Source of the DNA: Eledone cirrhosa
Taxonomy: Eukaryota
Direction: 5' to 3'
NCBI GenBank assembly: GCA_964016885.1
Contig: OZ024740.1
Coordinates: 80,228,001 to 80,292,000, forward strand
Length of the DNA: 64,000 nucleotides
The translations under genes and the position numbers were made by a program. Under the pieces are notes generated by a model. The model was not told where the DNA came from, did no database searches, and saw nothing but the letters and a program-made list of their open reading frames with translations. Below are positions 28,336 through 41,090 of this stretch, piece after piece. How positions within the stretch are numbered: position 1 is the stretch's first letter; each line of letters opens with the position of its first letter.

Positions 28336-28559
28336 CTTGTGCTTTTGTGATACCTTCCTATATGCTTGTGTATGTATATCATGGTGGTGATTCGGATTAC
28401 TGTGGTCTTTCGGGATGTAACAAAAAGACCTCTTAACGCTTATATATAAGTTACCGAGATCATACTCACTCGTGTTACTAGGGACCAGCGCTTGTAATCT
28501 TTAGGCTTCTTTCTCTATTTATTTCTTTTTTAAAGAATTTCTCTTAGGAAAAATTTTTA

Positions 28560-28591
<32 letters not shown>

Positions 28592-29190
28592 AATGAAAAA
28601 AAAAAAATTTACTTTTTTAATTTTTTAATTTTTTAAATAAAAAACAAATTTTAATTCTTTTTAATTCTTTTTAATTTTTAATTTTATTTTATTATTATAT
28701 TATTTTATTATCTTATCTTTTATTATTTTATTATTTTTATTTTATTATTTTTCATTATATTTAATTTTTTTAAAATTATTTTACTTTATTTTATTTTATT
28801 ATCTTTATTATTTTTATATTTTTTATTACTTTATTATAATTTACATTATGTTTTAACCTTTGTGTGTATTTTTTATGTATTTTTTTATGTTTTTGCATTT
28901 TTTGCTTTTACATTCTTTGTTTTTGTGTGCCATCTATTATATCTTCATCTTGTTGAATCCGCTTGTGCCTTGGCATTCAGTAGCTTAACAACCCCAGCAT
29001 ACACCTCTTTGTTCGCCATCTCCAATCTCCCTATCATTATTCTGATTGTTCGTGTGACTAGTTTTTTGTGGAGTTTATACTCAACACTGTATTTATTAGG
29101 CTCTGATGATTCCTGCCAAAAGGTGAGGATGAAACATTGTAAGTAAATAAAAACTATTTGAGTATGTAAGCGTTCTTTGGTTTCTTTTGC
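28332..29190 (+). mobile_element. T-rich element ending in a hammerhead and AATAAA (family G), probable PLE 3' region
   Basis: Bounded by (TA)n; strong strand asymmetry; terminal HHR. Confidence 0.55.
29100..29144 (+). ncRNA. Minimal type I hammerhead (family G)
   Basis: gct-CTGATGA-ttcct gccaaaaggtg aggat-GAA-ACA t TGT-A-agt. Confidence 0.78.
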
Positions 29191-29220
<30 letters not shown>

Positions 29221-29223
<3 letters not shown>

Positions 29224-29352
29224 TATTAAAATATCAGATTAAAGTTTAAGCAAAGAATCGCTGCTTTCACCCTCAACGGGATCTTCTATATTTGATATAT
29301 ATTTATCCTTATCGAGCCTTCTTTGGATTTTAGTCTTCAAATTTATTATTAT

Positions 29353-29357
<5 letters not shown>
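29221..29357. mobile_element. Family B inverted insertion
   Basis: Same termini as other family B copies. Confidence 0.85.
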
Positions 29358-29410
<53 letters not shown>

Positions 29411-29813
29411 ATATATTCATTTATTATGGCTAAGTGGTGAGCCTTGGCACTCTGGTGAAACTGGTGCTAATTTGGGTAATTATCATCATTTTCTTTGGTC
29501 TTCTTACCAACTGTTCCGATTATCAACTGTTTAATGTTAGCTATATTAATTTTTGTTGATGACCATAATTAAATTGTGGGATACGGAATGATTTGATGAT
29601 CGTTAAGTCTCTGGTCACTTGGAACTATTGTTGATGGTCATCATGAATTTGTACATTTTTTTGCCGTTTCACTACCGAATTCCGTAGTGATATACTCTGC
29701 AACTGTTTAACCCCTGTTACCAATGAATAGGAAAGTGAGTGGTGCAATATTGCAGTAACACACATTGCGTGAAGCACCTCGTGGTGTTGTGATTTCATCT
29801 ACTTGTTAATATA

Positions 29814-29876
<63 letters not shown>

Positions 29877-29880
29877 ATAA

Positions 29881-30072
29881 TATAATATAGAAACGGCTTC
29901 TAAAGGACTAGAACTGTTTCGTTCGAAAGAAATCATGAGGCCTTTCCTGATGATTTCCTTCGAATGAAACAGTTCTAGTCCTGTAGAAGCCATTTCTATA
30001 TTAAATATTTATACTGAGCTATGTATTGAGTGCCTTACTTACTGTGGTTACCTGCGATTGAACCCGGGATAC
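29881..30072. mobile_element. Family C palindromic hammerhead element
   Basis: Arms 29884-29940 and 29946-30003; tail tattgagtgccttacttactgtggtt shared with 37215-37320, 40400-40595, 44288-44490. Confidence 0.88.
29939..29991 (+). ncRNA. Type I hammerhead (family C)
   Basis: tttc-CTGATGA-tttc cttc gaat-GAA-ACAG ttctagtc CTGT-A-gaag. Confidence 0.82.
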
Positions 30073-31180
30073 ACCCCCCCCCCCACACACACACATACGT
30101 ATATATATATCTGTGCGCGTGTTTTTACGTTTGAGTCTGTGTTTATCCAGTAAATTATTAGTGTTTTCATAAAATGAAGATCGATAAAATAGTGCAAGAC
30201 TAGAAAAGAATAAATCGATATATTGGACAAAGCAATGTCCTAGAATGTCCGCAGTCTAATGGCTGAAACCAATAAAAAACAATTCACCAATTTTAAAATG
30301 GCTGAAATGTTTTTGCTTTAAAATGTTTTACCTTCTTTGTTAAGAGTTTAAATAATATTTCTTTGCACGCTCCCAATTATTAATTAACGTATACACTACG
30401 ACTGGAAGCTGCTGCCCTTTGATATGTTTCAAGAAAATCGTAATTTGCCTTTATATAAACTTCTGCATCTTAAAAAAATAAACAAAAGTAATAGCTTGCT
30501 ATTACTAAAAAGTACACATAGCTAACAGGAATAATAGTGATAATAATAATAATATAATTTAGCACAAATAAAATAATTTTCGAATTTTATTGGATACATA
30601 TTGTAGATTGTACTGCTGAAATATGATAATAATAAATCAAATGAAAAATTTTTTTTTTCAAAGAAAAATGTTTGAAAAACCCAGACTATTTGTTCATTTG
30701 CATGCCTAGACATTGGAAACATTGCATGCAACATTTTGATAGTCGTAAATAGTTTTCAGTCATAAATCAATTTGACAGAATTTCAATGGCGCTGCCATTA
30801 GAACTGATGTCAAGGCCTTTTCAGAGGAAAGAAATGGTTTTCAATAGACTTGAAATACCTTCGTAGTCTCATTATTTACATATGTCTGTGACAAGCATGA
30901 GTCTTTGTTTCCGAATGAAACTTCAAATCGCAAAATCTAAAAGAAATCGTTTTGAATATAGAAAGAATATGCTTGTATACTTGATGAAGTATTTGATTAA
31001 GGCTGCTTACATGTTGTTCATAACAAAAAGTTTTCTCCTTATCTAGGATGTTTATCAGACACCGTTAACTTATTTTATTCCGATAACATTACTACGTTTA
31101 GAGACCATGCTTTTCTGACTATATGAGTAATTGGTTGTGTATGTATGTAACATTATGTTTTTATGTACCATTATAATATT

Positions 31181-31591
31181 GTGGATTGGCAGTATGGGTA
31201 GAGGGTCGGACGCCATGCTTTGCAGCAAAGAGTTACGGCCCTTTATGGTCTGAGTTTAAATCGCGCCGAGGTTAACTTTGTCTTTCTTCCTCATGGGGTC
31301 GATAAAATGAAGTACCAGTCACGTACTGGGGTCGATTTAATCGACTTTCACCTCCCCCAAAATTGCTGGCCTTGTGCCTATATAAGAAACCATTATAATA
31401 TTGTGGATTGGCAGTATCGGTAGAGGGTCGGACGCCATGCTTTGCAGCAAAGAGTTACCGCCCTTTATGGTCTGAGTTCAAATCCCGCCGAGGTTAACTT
31501 TGCCTTTCATCCTTACAGGGTCGATAAAAAAAAGTACCAGTAATACACTGGGATAATTGCTGGCCTTGTGTCAAAAGTAGAAACAATTATA
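31181..31591 (+). mobile_element. Two tandem major SINE copies
   Basis: attataatattgtg occurs before, between and after the copies. Confidence 0.88.
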
Positions 31592-33529
31592 ATATTGTGT
31601 TACGCGAGTAGTGGGTTATCTATTTCCTGCTGTGCAGCTTTAAGTTTTAAACTATGAAAATCCCAAGCATTACTTACTAAGAAGGAGTACAACATTCAAG
31701 ATCCAAGCGTCATTGAAGAAGTGGCTTTGTTTAGTGTCTAGGTGGTGAAAGAAAAGGGTACATTGATACACTAAAACAATAGGATTCATTTGAAAATGCA
31801 AGATTTCAAATACGATAGATGCAGATGAATAGTTAACAGGTTTAGCCATGAAATGGGTTTTACAAATTATCTGAACGTTTCACTAGACATAGAGTCTAGT
31901 GTTACAAGAGGATCTAATTAGTACTGGAAGAATTGGAATACTATTGGAATACTAGCAAAAACATACTTGTTAGAATCAGAGTAAATAAATTGAAGGCGCA
32001 TGGCCTAGTGGTTAGAGAATTAGTGATTAATAGATTCACAATCGTGAGGTTGCGAGTTCGATTCCCGGACTGGGTAATGAATTTTTCCTTAAGTAAGACA
32101 CTAAATTTCACGCTGTTCTTTCTGCCAGGAGTTGCGACTGGCAGATAGTATCAGTGATGGAAAGACCAATGGAAACATTGTTTCATTTATCCGATTTGAC
32201 CATTTCCACTTCACTCAGTAAGCGAATGATGTCTGGGATCTTGCCGATCGCCAATGAAATTAAAATTAAAAAAATACAGCGGGGAAATGTTTCAATAAGT
32301 TTTAGCTTCTTTTGGCAACACGAAGAAAGGTTTTTATCAAAATGGCTTGACTGTAGTTTCCCTACGTCATATGAAGTTTTCAATATTTACAAACTTTTTC
32401 AATATTTACAAACCAGCTCAGCTGGATTGTGTTTTTTCTTTTATTTGCTGATCTTATCAGGCCATTCTGGATTTTGGGGGACACATTTATTTGTATTTGT
32501 CTTTTGACCATTCACATTGAGCAACTAACACTTGTTCTCCCCGCTAAGTTTCACTCTCTCATCATATGGGTCAACAGCAGAGCATCTATCCTATTACCTG
32601 AGCTGTTATAAAAAAGCAGTGTAATGTAGTGATAGATATACACTGCTCAAACGAAGTATGGGACATATAGTCATAACTAGAAAACCTTTTGATAATGGTT
32701 CTGCATGACTGAAAAAACAACAACAACGACGACTACAACGACAATACTAATTTTCATCGTAAGTAAAAGTGCATAAAGGTAAGTTCGATTCCGACATTTT
32801 GTTATCAAAGAATATTCTAAATTTTTTATAATGATATTTAGTATTCATTGAATCGACATTTACAAATAATTTTGAGCATCACAAATATATACTAAACATT
32901 TGTTTTAATTATTCACAACTGATTATTTATTTTAATTACGATACCTTTTTAAAGCTAAATAATGACATAAAATGGACATTGTGTTATTTTTTAATCATAT
33001 ATTTTCCTGCTAGATTTTCTGATTTATTTTTCAATATTTTTATCGTATAAATTTATTCTATTAAAAGGTTACATATTCAAGTCTGACTCACCTTTGGTAT
33101 TTAAAGGCGAAAAGTTCTCTTGTGTCATTTTTTAATGGAAACAATCAATCAAAATGATAAGCACTACTCACACACGACACACAGACACACGCACCACGCC
33201 CCCAGATATAAATAGTTATTTTCTGTGTACATCTGTTTAATAGAATAACATAAGGAAAATAATGCGCTAAACTCTCGAGAGGTATTTCACTCACATATGA
33301 ACAAAAATAACTAGATTGTAGCATTTAGCTTCGTAGACTTCTGCAATGCCTTGGCATACATCATGTATATGAACAAGCTTTGCTATATCAGTGAATAAGG
33401 GTGGTTGATTGGAAGAACTAGTAGAGCGACTGACAAAATGCCATTTCTGTATTTGTTCTGGCTTTTTACATTCAGAGTTCATATTACATATACAAGGACT
33501 CATGCCACCCTCCCACATGTTTTAGAAAC

Positions 33530-34574
33530 TTCGTGAATAATATCGGTACTAGAATCTCTAACCTCTCCTCTAATAAAGCAATCTTTGACAGAGCGACACC
33601 CTACTACAACGCGGCATTAGCTAACAACAGCTTCTCGCAGCCAAATACTTACTCCCCAGCTAACACCAACAGCAATAGAAAAAGAAATCGTGCTAATAGA
33701 AAAACAATTTGGTTCTCTCCCTCCTTCTCACTCAACGTTAAAAGTAATGTACTAAAACATTTTTTTAGCTGTCTTAGATAGACACTTTCCCATAGGTCAC
33801 ACATACCGCTCCATCTTTAACAGATACAGGGTGAAACTAGGATGAGCTAAGAATATGAAGGTCCACATCACCAACAGCCCTAAGAGCTACACCCCACCAA
33901 GATGCTCTTACCGAAAGCCTGAAGCTTGTCCTCTTCAACAACAATGCAACACACCCGCTATAATTTACGAAGCTGTGGTCACTTCTAATCGACCAAATCA
34001 ACAAGAGGTTAAATCCTATGTAGGTGTGGCGGAGGGCCGGTTTAAGGAACGCTTCCTGAGCCATCAGTCGACCTTTAGATACTTGGACAAACGATCGTCC
34101 ACGAAACTCGAGTCACGTATAGTCCCTCAAGGACTCAGGCATAGACTACTCCATCCAATGGAAAGCTATTACTAAGTCCAAGCCATAGGCAAGGGGAAAT
34201 CCGTCTTGTGGACAGTGCATTGAAGAAAGGATCAATATGTTGGGAAGATTACGCAATAACGATTGCCTAAATTCAAGGAATGAACTTTTTCACGTTGTCC
34301 ACGTGTTTGGAAACACCTTTTACATAATTACAAAGCTCCAAATTGACTAACATCAACAATCTATAATATTCTGAATAACTTCAATAATTCATTCCGGACA
34401 TCCACAATTATCTCCCTTACATCGATCTATCATGGGTTTACCTCGCCCAGGAGAAGTGACTATTTCTGCACATGCGTATTCGTACGGTTGTTTTTCCTTT
34501 TCCATAAACTTCATTCAGACCGAGCTGCTGAGGTTCCGAATAAGGTGAAATATTTGTTCTCGGTATTTGTTCTC

Positions 34575-34577
<3 letters not shown>
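33530..34577 (+). mobile_element. 5'-truncated Penelope-like element: RT thumb, Cys linker, GIY-YIG endonuclease, 3' pLTR with degenerate hammerhead (34522-34562)
   Basis: RISNLSSN..F..ATPYYNAAL, RKTIWFSPSFSLNVKSNV, CSYRKPEACPLQQQC, IIYEA..SYVGVAEGRFKERFLSH; CTGAGGT..GAAATATTTGTTctc. Confidence 0.9.
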
Positions 34578-34660
<83 letters not shown>

Positions 34661-34667
<7 letters not shown>

Positions 34668-35314
34668 TAAAATAACAGATTAAAGTTTAAGCAAAGAATC
34701 GCTGCTTTCACTCTTAACGGGATCTTCTGAAACTAACAAGGTCAATCTGTAAACGCAGAAGTGGATATTTCAAAAAACGTTGCAACCGAAGGAAGACAGG
34801 AAGACGATACTTTGGTTCGTGGAAACGTTCCCTGGCAAAGAACGGGAAAAAACGAATTATCAGGAGTTTTAGGTATGTTTTCCTGCTTGGTACGGGTATG
34901 TTCTTTGTAGAAATATGCAGATGTTTCTGCATGATGAATATAAGTCAATAGAGTGCTCAACCGAGGGAGCCAAATAGTAATAATAATAAATTTGAAGACT
35001 AAAATCCAAAGATGGCTCGATAAGGATAAATATAATCAAATATATAAGAACCGTAGAGCAAATATTTATTAAAATAACAGATTAAAGTTTAAGCAAAGAA
35101 TCGCTGCTTTCACCCTTAACGGGATCTTCTGAAACAAACAAAGTCAATCTGTAAACGCAGAAGTGGATATTTAAGGGTGAAAGCAGCGATTCTTAACTTA
35201 AACTTTAATCTGTTATTTTAATAAATATTTGCTCTACGGTTTTTATATATTTGACATATATTTATCCTTATCGAGCCGTCTTTGGATTTTAGTCTTCAAA
35301 TTTATTATTATTAC

Positions 35315-35316
<2 letters not shown>
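34661..35316. mobile_element. Family B tandem (402 bp period) plus inverted arm; non-autonomous PLE derivative
   Basis: 34663-34770 repeated at 35065-35172; 34975-35118 inverted at 35171-35316; minus ORF begins MQKHLHISTKNIPVPSRKTYLKLLI. Confidence 0.88.
35077..35152 (-). ncRNA. Type I hammerhead with CAGAAGA core (family B); second copy 34675-34750 (-)
   Basis: acagattga..gttt-CAGAAGA-tccc gttaa gggt-GAA-AGCA gcgattctt TGCT-T-aaac t ttaatctgt. Confidence 0.75.
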
Positions 35317-35347
<31 letters not shown>

Positions 35348-35566
35348 AATATATTAACAAATGGAAACTATATTTATAAAACCATATTTATTTCATTATA
35401 CATATTTCAAGGACACCAAAGCAAATTATGGTGCTCTTTCATCAGATAAAATATAATATAGATCAGTTTTATAAACAAATATTGACATACCCTTAAAGAA
35501 TGCGACCATGTATATCAGTTATAAAAATATTTGCTTGTTGTATCCCAACAAATTAAATATAACTTC

Positions 35567-35656
<90 letters not shown>

Positions 35657-35660
<4 letters not shown>

Positions 35661-35852
35661 AACAAGTATGACCCCGACGGCAGAGCTCAAGCCGTTTCGA
35701 CGGCTATTTCTGAACTCCAGAAATAGCCGTCGAAACGGCTTGAGCTCTGCCGACGGGGTCATACTTGTTCCTATTACCCGCTCTACTACCCTAAGTATTG
35801 AGTACTTTGGTGTGTTATGGTCCATCTGGTTCCTTACCACAATTCCTTCATT
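35657..35852. mobile_element. Family D palindrome (3' half of a hammerhead)
   Basis: IR 35657-35773; GAA-ACGGC..GCCG(T/A)C-ggggtc; relatives at 58250-58429 and 60452-60657. Confidence 0.8.
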
Positions 35853-36337
35853 ATATATATATATATATATATTTGCAATAATTTTACACATTCTGAATGC
35901 ATCCGCCAAAAACCGGGGTTACCTCCCTTGTAAACACGTGCGGTAATCACTCCAACACTACTAATGCATTGGAATCCGCTCACCAGCTGAGAACAAAATA
36001 CCTGTTGATGAAATGGCAGCCTTGTTCGATCGTTATACCAAAAGCTTACAACGAAAGCAGGCAGTATAATTGATTTTGGTGTCACAGAAACCTCCTACTG
36101 GATTATACCATCAATTTCCAGGCGGTCCAGGTAAATTCTTTTGTTAACCTGTTTAGCTTGCTTCGTTTTTTTGGCTCCGGTGGCTGATAGCTTCATGACC
36201 GCCGTTTTCAGTTTGTCTGGCCTCTATAACGTATGTTAATTGCTCTGATCTTCTTTTAGTCCATTGAGTGCTTACCGCATATCTCGAAATTTGCGTTTCG
36301 CTTTGTTTTTTACCACAGCCGAAATACGATCTCACTG

Positions 36338-37209
<872 letters not shown>

Positions 37210-37214
37210 TATAA

Positions 37215-37317
37215 ATAAATGGCTTCTACAGGACTAGAACTGTTTCAATCGAAGAAAACTCAGGAAAGCCCTTACTTGAGTACCTTACTTACTGTGGTTG
37301 CCCCCGATTGAACCGGG

Positions 37318-37320
<3 letters not shown>
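37215..37320. mobile_element. Family C inverted fragment with degenerate core
   Basis: ggcttctacaggactagaactgtttc plus family C tail. Confidence 0.75.
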
Positions 37321-37355
<35 letters not shown>

Positions 37356-37458
37356 GTAAATGAAATAATTATCTTAGGTTGTTTATTACATAACTAAAAA
37401 TCTCTGTAGTCTACATTGAGCACTCTCTTTTCCTTTACGTTTCCTACGGAAATACTTC

Positions 37459-37532
<74 letters not shown>

Positions 37533-39714
37533 TATACAAGGAAACCTGTTTCTCTCACCGTCTGTTTGTCACGCTTCATATGTCTATATGTGTGTGTGTG
37601 TGTGAAACACAAACATTCACCACATAGACAACGCAATTACATAAAAGGACAAAAAACATGTGTGTGAAAGTGTTTTCTTTATGTTCTTCAACATATAGAT
37701 AACACGACAGACTTCAAAAGACTTTCTCGGAAACAAACGTGTGTCTAACGAGTTTTGATTGAAAACGCGGGAATTTCAGGTGCAAGCGTCTCATCATAAA
37801 AACGTGAACTGTCTTCAATAGTATGGATAAATAATTCTAGTATGCGGCTCTCATCTAAATTTGGAATGTTAATGTGGCCCTTTCATGCAAAGAGGTTGGG
37901 GAACGTCTGTTTTAGGATATACTCAAATATAAGCTTTTACGTTGTTGTTCGATTTGCTAGAATTGTTAGTTCAATCACTCATAAGATAAGATACAAATAT
38001 TGATTAAAAGTTGTTTTCAATTTACAGGTAAATACGTATTTTCTGGCATGTTTACATGCCCCCAAATTAGATACGCGTACGTATTTATACACTTTGGTGC
38101 AGTCTCGTTTATACATTCTGTATTTATACAGATATAACTTTATCATACACTTCGGCTGCTAGCACACTTCGTACTATATATAGCATCAAATTTTAAAAAT
38201 CAGAGCTAATATGTATTTGATAATATATGAACTTTCAGGTTTCCAAAGATTTACTTTCTTATTCATCACTTTGGCATTAAATAATAGCTTGAAGTTATTT
38301 CAAAGATGAAAATAAGATAAACTAGATTTCTTTCAGTTCACTAGAAAAGAAAAAAATGCATTCGTGTAACTATTGGTGACTGTTGAAATTCATACTCCAT
38401 CTTGCTTTTCTATCGATGGTCACACCGAGTGGAACAAATACAACTAATCTTTTCTTTTTATTTTAATACAAAATATTTATTGCCATAAACAATCTTTTAT
38501 TAAATGGTAGCTGCACGAGGTTAAAAGTTAAATAAGACATATGATTCACTTGTATATATAATCTATGTATTGCTTTTAGCCCATTAATTCTAAAAATCGT
38601 TTTGTTGACCATTATGAAAATTAGAAATTTATTAGGTAATTTATTTTGCTGATGTTATTTTGTTGATTCGGAAGTTAATGGTAAATTAATCCGTATATTG
38701 ATAAATCAATATTCACGTGATTCATTCATTGTTTCGCTTTATTTATGAGAATCCGTTTTTTGTTTATCATTCTCAATCTGTTTTATATTTCGTTATTGTT
38801 TAGAAAAATGAAATGCTCTCAACAGTTTGAATGTAAACTTTCATTGAGAAGCGGGTGATTCGAAAGTAGAAGGCCATAATTCTGTAAACGTTCTAAAACA
38901 TTAATAGTCTAAGTTAATATTTGTAGTATAAGTAACGAGAATTGTTTGGTTTGCGTACAATAGAATTTTGTTTTTATTGCTTAGTCTGGAGGAAAGGTGG
39001 CGTATTGGTAAAGTTGTCAGAATGGCGGATAGAATGCTTTGCAGTATTCGTTCTAGCACTCTGTTTTCTGAATACAAATCTCGCCGAATCCAGCTTGGCC
39101 TTTCATCCATTCAAGGTCAATAAAAGTACGAGTCTAATATTGATCGATTCATCTTCTACGTCCCTTTCTCACTTCCATTCTCTCACTTTCTCTACCATTC
39201 TCTGTAAGAAATCTGATGTATTCGAACCTGGAAAGGAAATGTGCTCAATCAGGTTAAATCAAATGTCCTAGAAACGACGTATATCAAAGCGGTGCCGCTA
39301 TGACTTCTCCAAGAGACGTTACATACACACAGAGTTCGGGGGAAGGGCAGTGCTTCTGATGCTTGTCAAGGCATCCTTCTATTGGAGACCTTGTGCAAAT
39401 GTCTGTAACAGAACTGGCACCGTTAAAAGTATTCAAGGGCCACGTGGTGGTGTTAAAGCGGAGGAGCACTAATGTTGCCAAGGTAGAATTTGAATTTAGA
39501 CCACAGAGAGCTAGCAGAAATATGCAAGATATCTTATCCGATCCGCCAGGTCAGCATCTTTGACCACTATTCTATCGACACCTGAAAGATGAAACGCAAA
39601 ATGAAGCCACCAGCATTTGAACTCAAAATGCAGTGAGTGGACAAAAATACTGAAAGGCATTTTGTATTACACTCTAAAAATAGTCTGCTGCCTACGTCAT
39701 TACAGGAATAACGA

Positions 39715-39759
<45 letters not shown>

Positions 39760-39775
39760 CGCACACACGCACACA

Positions 39776-39861
<86 letters not shown>

Positions 39862-40310
39862 TATATATTTATATATAGCAGTGATTTGTTCTTAGTGGTT
39901 GTTGCTATTTTGGTTGACGTGGTCGATGTGTTGTAGAGTGTCGTAGTGTTAATTGGTGTAGTTGAAAATCGATCGGGACCACAATGAATTGAAACAGATA
40001 AACACGGAGGCAGAACTGCTAAGTGTGATATTTTTTATTAGTGGCAAGATATACAACGACACCATGTAGCAAAATATGACACAACCAGAATATGTGAATG
40101 GTTTCTAGTAACAGAGAGCATTTCGTCAACATATTGTTAATTGTAACGTTCACAGAATAGTATTTAGCTGTGATATATTGGAATTTGTGAGTGAATTTTT
40201 GAATGCAAAAATGTTGGTTGAGATAAGATATTGCTTTGAGTACGGTAGATCGAGTACGGTGTTAGCTGTCAACTGTATCATAAATCAGCAAAGTGAGAAA
40301 AAGATAGGAA

Positions 40311-40379
<69 letters not shown>

Positions 40380-40399
40380 TACAAATTTAATATACACAT

Positions 40400-40738
<339 letters not shown>

Positions 40739-40774
40739 ATATATACAAACACACACGTATATATGTATATATGT

Positions 40775-41090
40775 ATATCTCTTGTGACGCTAAACTCCGC
40801 CAGTTGCAGACTGCGCATTAACATTTGACATCTCTCTCCACAAACTTCGATCACCAGCAGCAGAGTTCAAAGAACAAAGATCAAGTCCAGTCCATGAATT
40901 GACATTGTCAAGCCATCATTTTGGCTGCCGGCTTCTGCTTCTCTTACCAGCTAACCTTCCTTCCAGGCATAACCTATTCACACCACGAGTTGATCTTTTT
41001 ATATGGCCGTATAGTTTGAGTACTGTTGACTTGACAATTGATGTGATACGGTCGGTGAGCCGCTTACCAGTCATAAGTCTGATGATACAT
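40775..41090 (-). mobile_element. Decayed 3' end of another RTE-like LINE
   Basis: Translates to LEG....KRSRSRQPK*WLDNVNSWTGL-like C-terminus. Confidence 0.5.

Noticed and set aside
31994-32070. tRNA gene
   Set aside because: A/B boxes run into a SINE body; no complete cloverleaf
30730-33520. Possible host exons, including ORF 33291-33518
   Set aside because: No recognisable protein similarity and stops in the frames I tried; short exons cannot be excluded without RNA-seq
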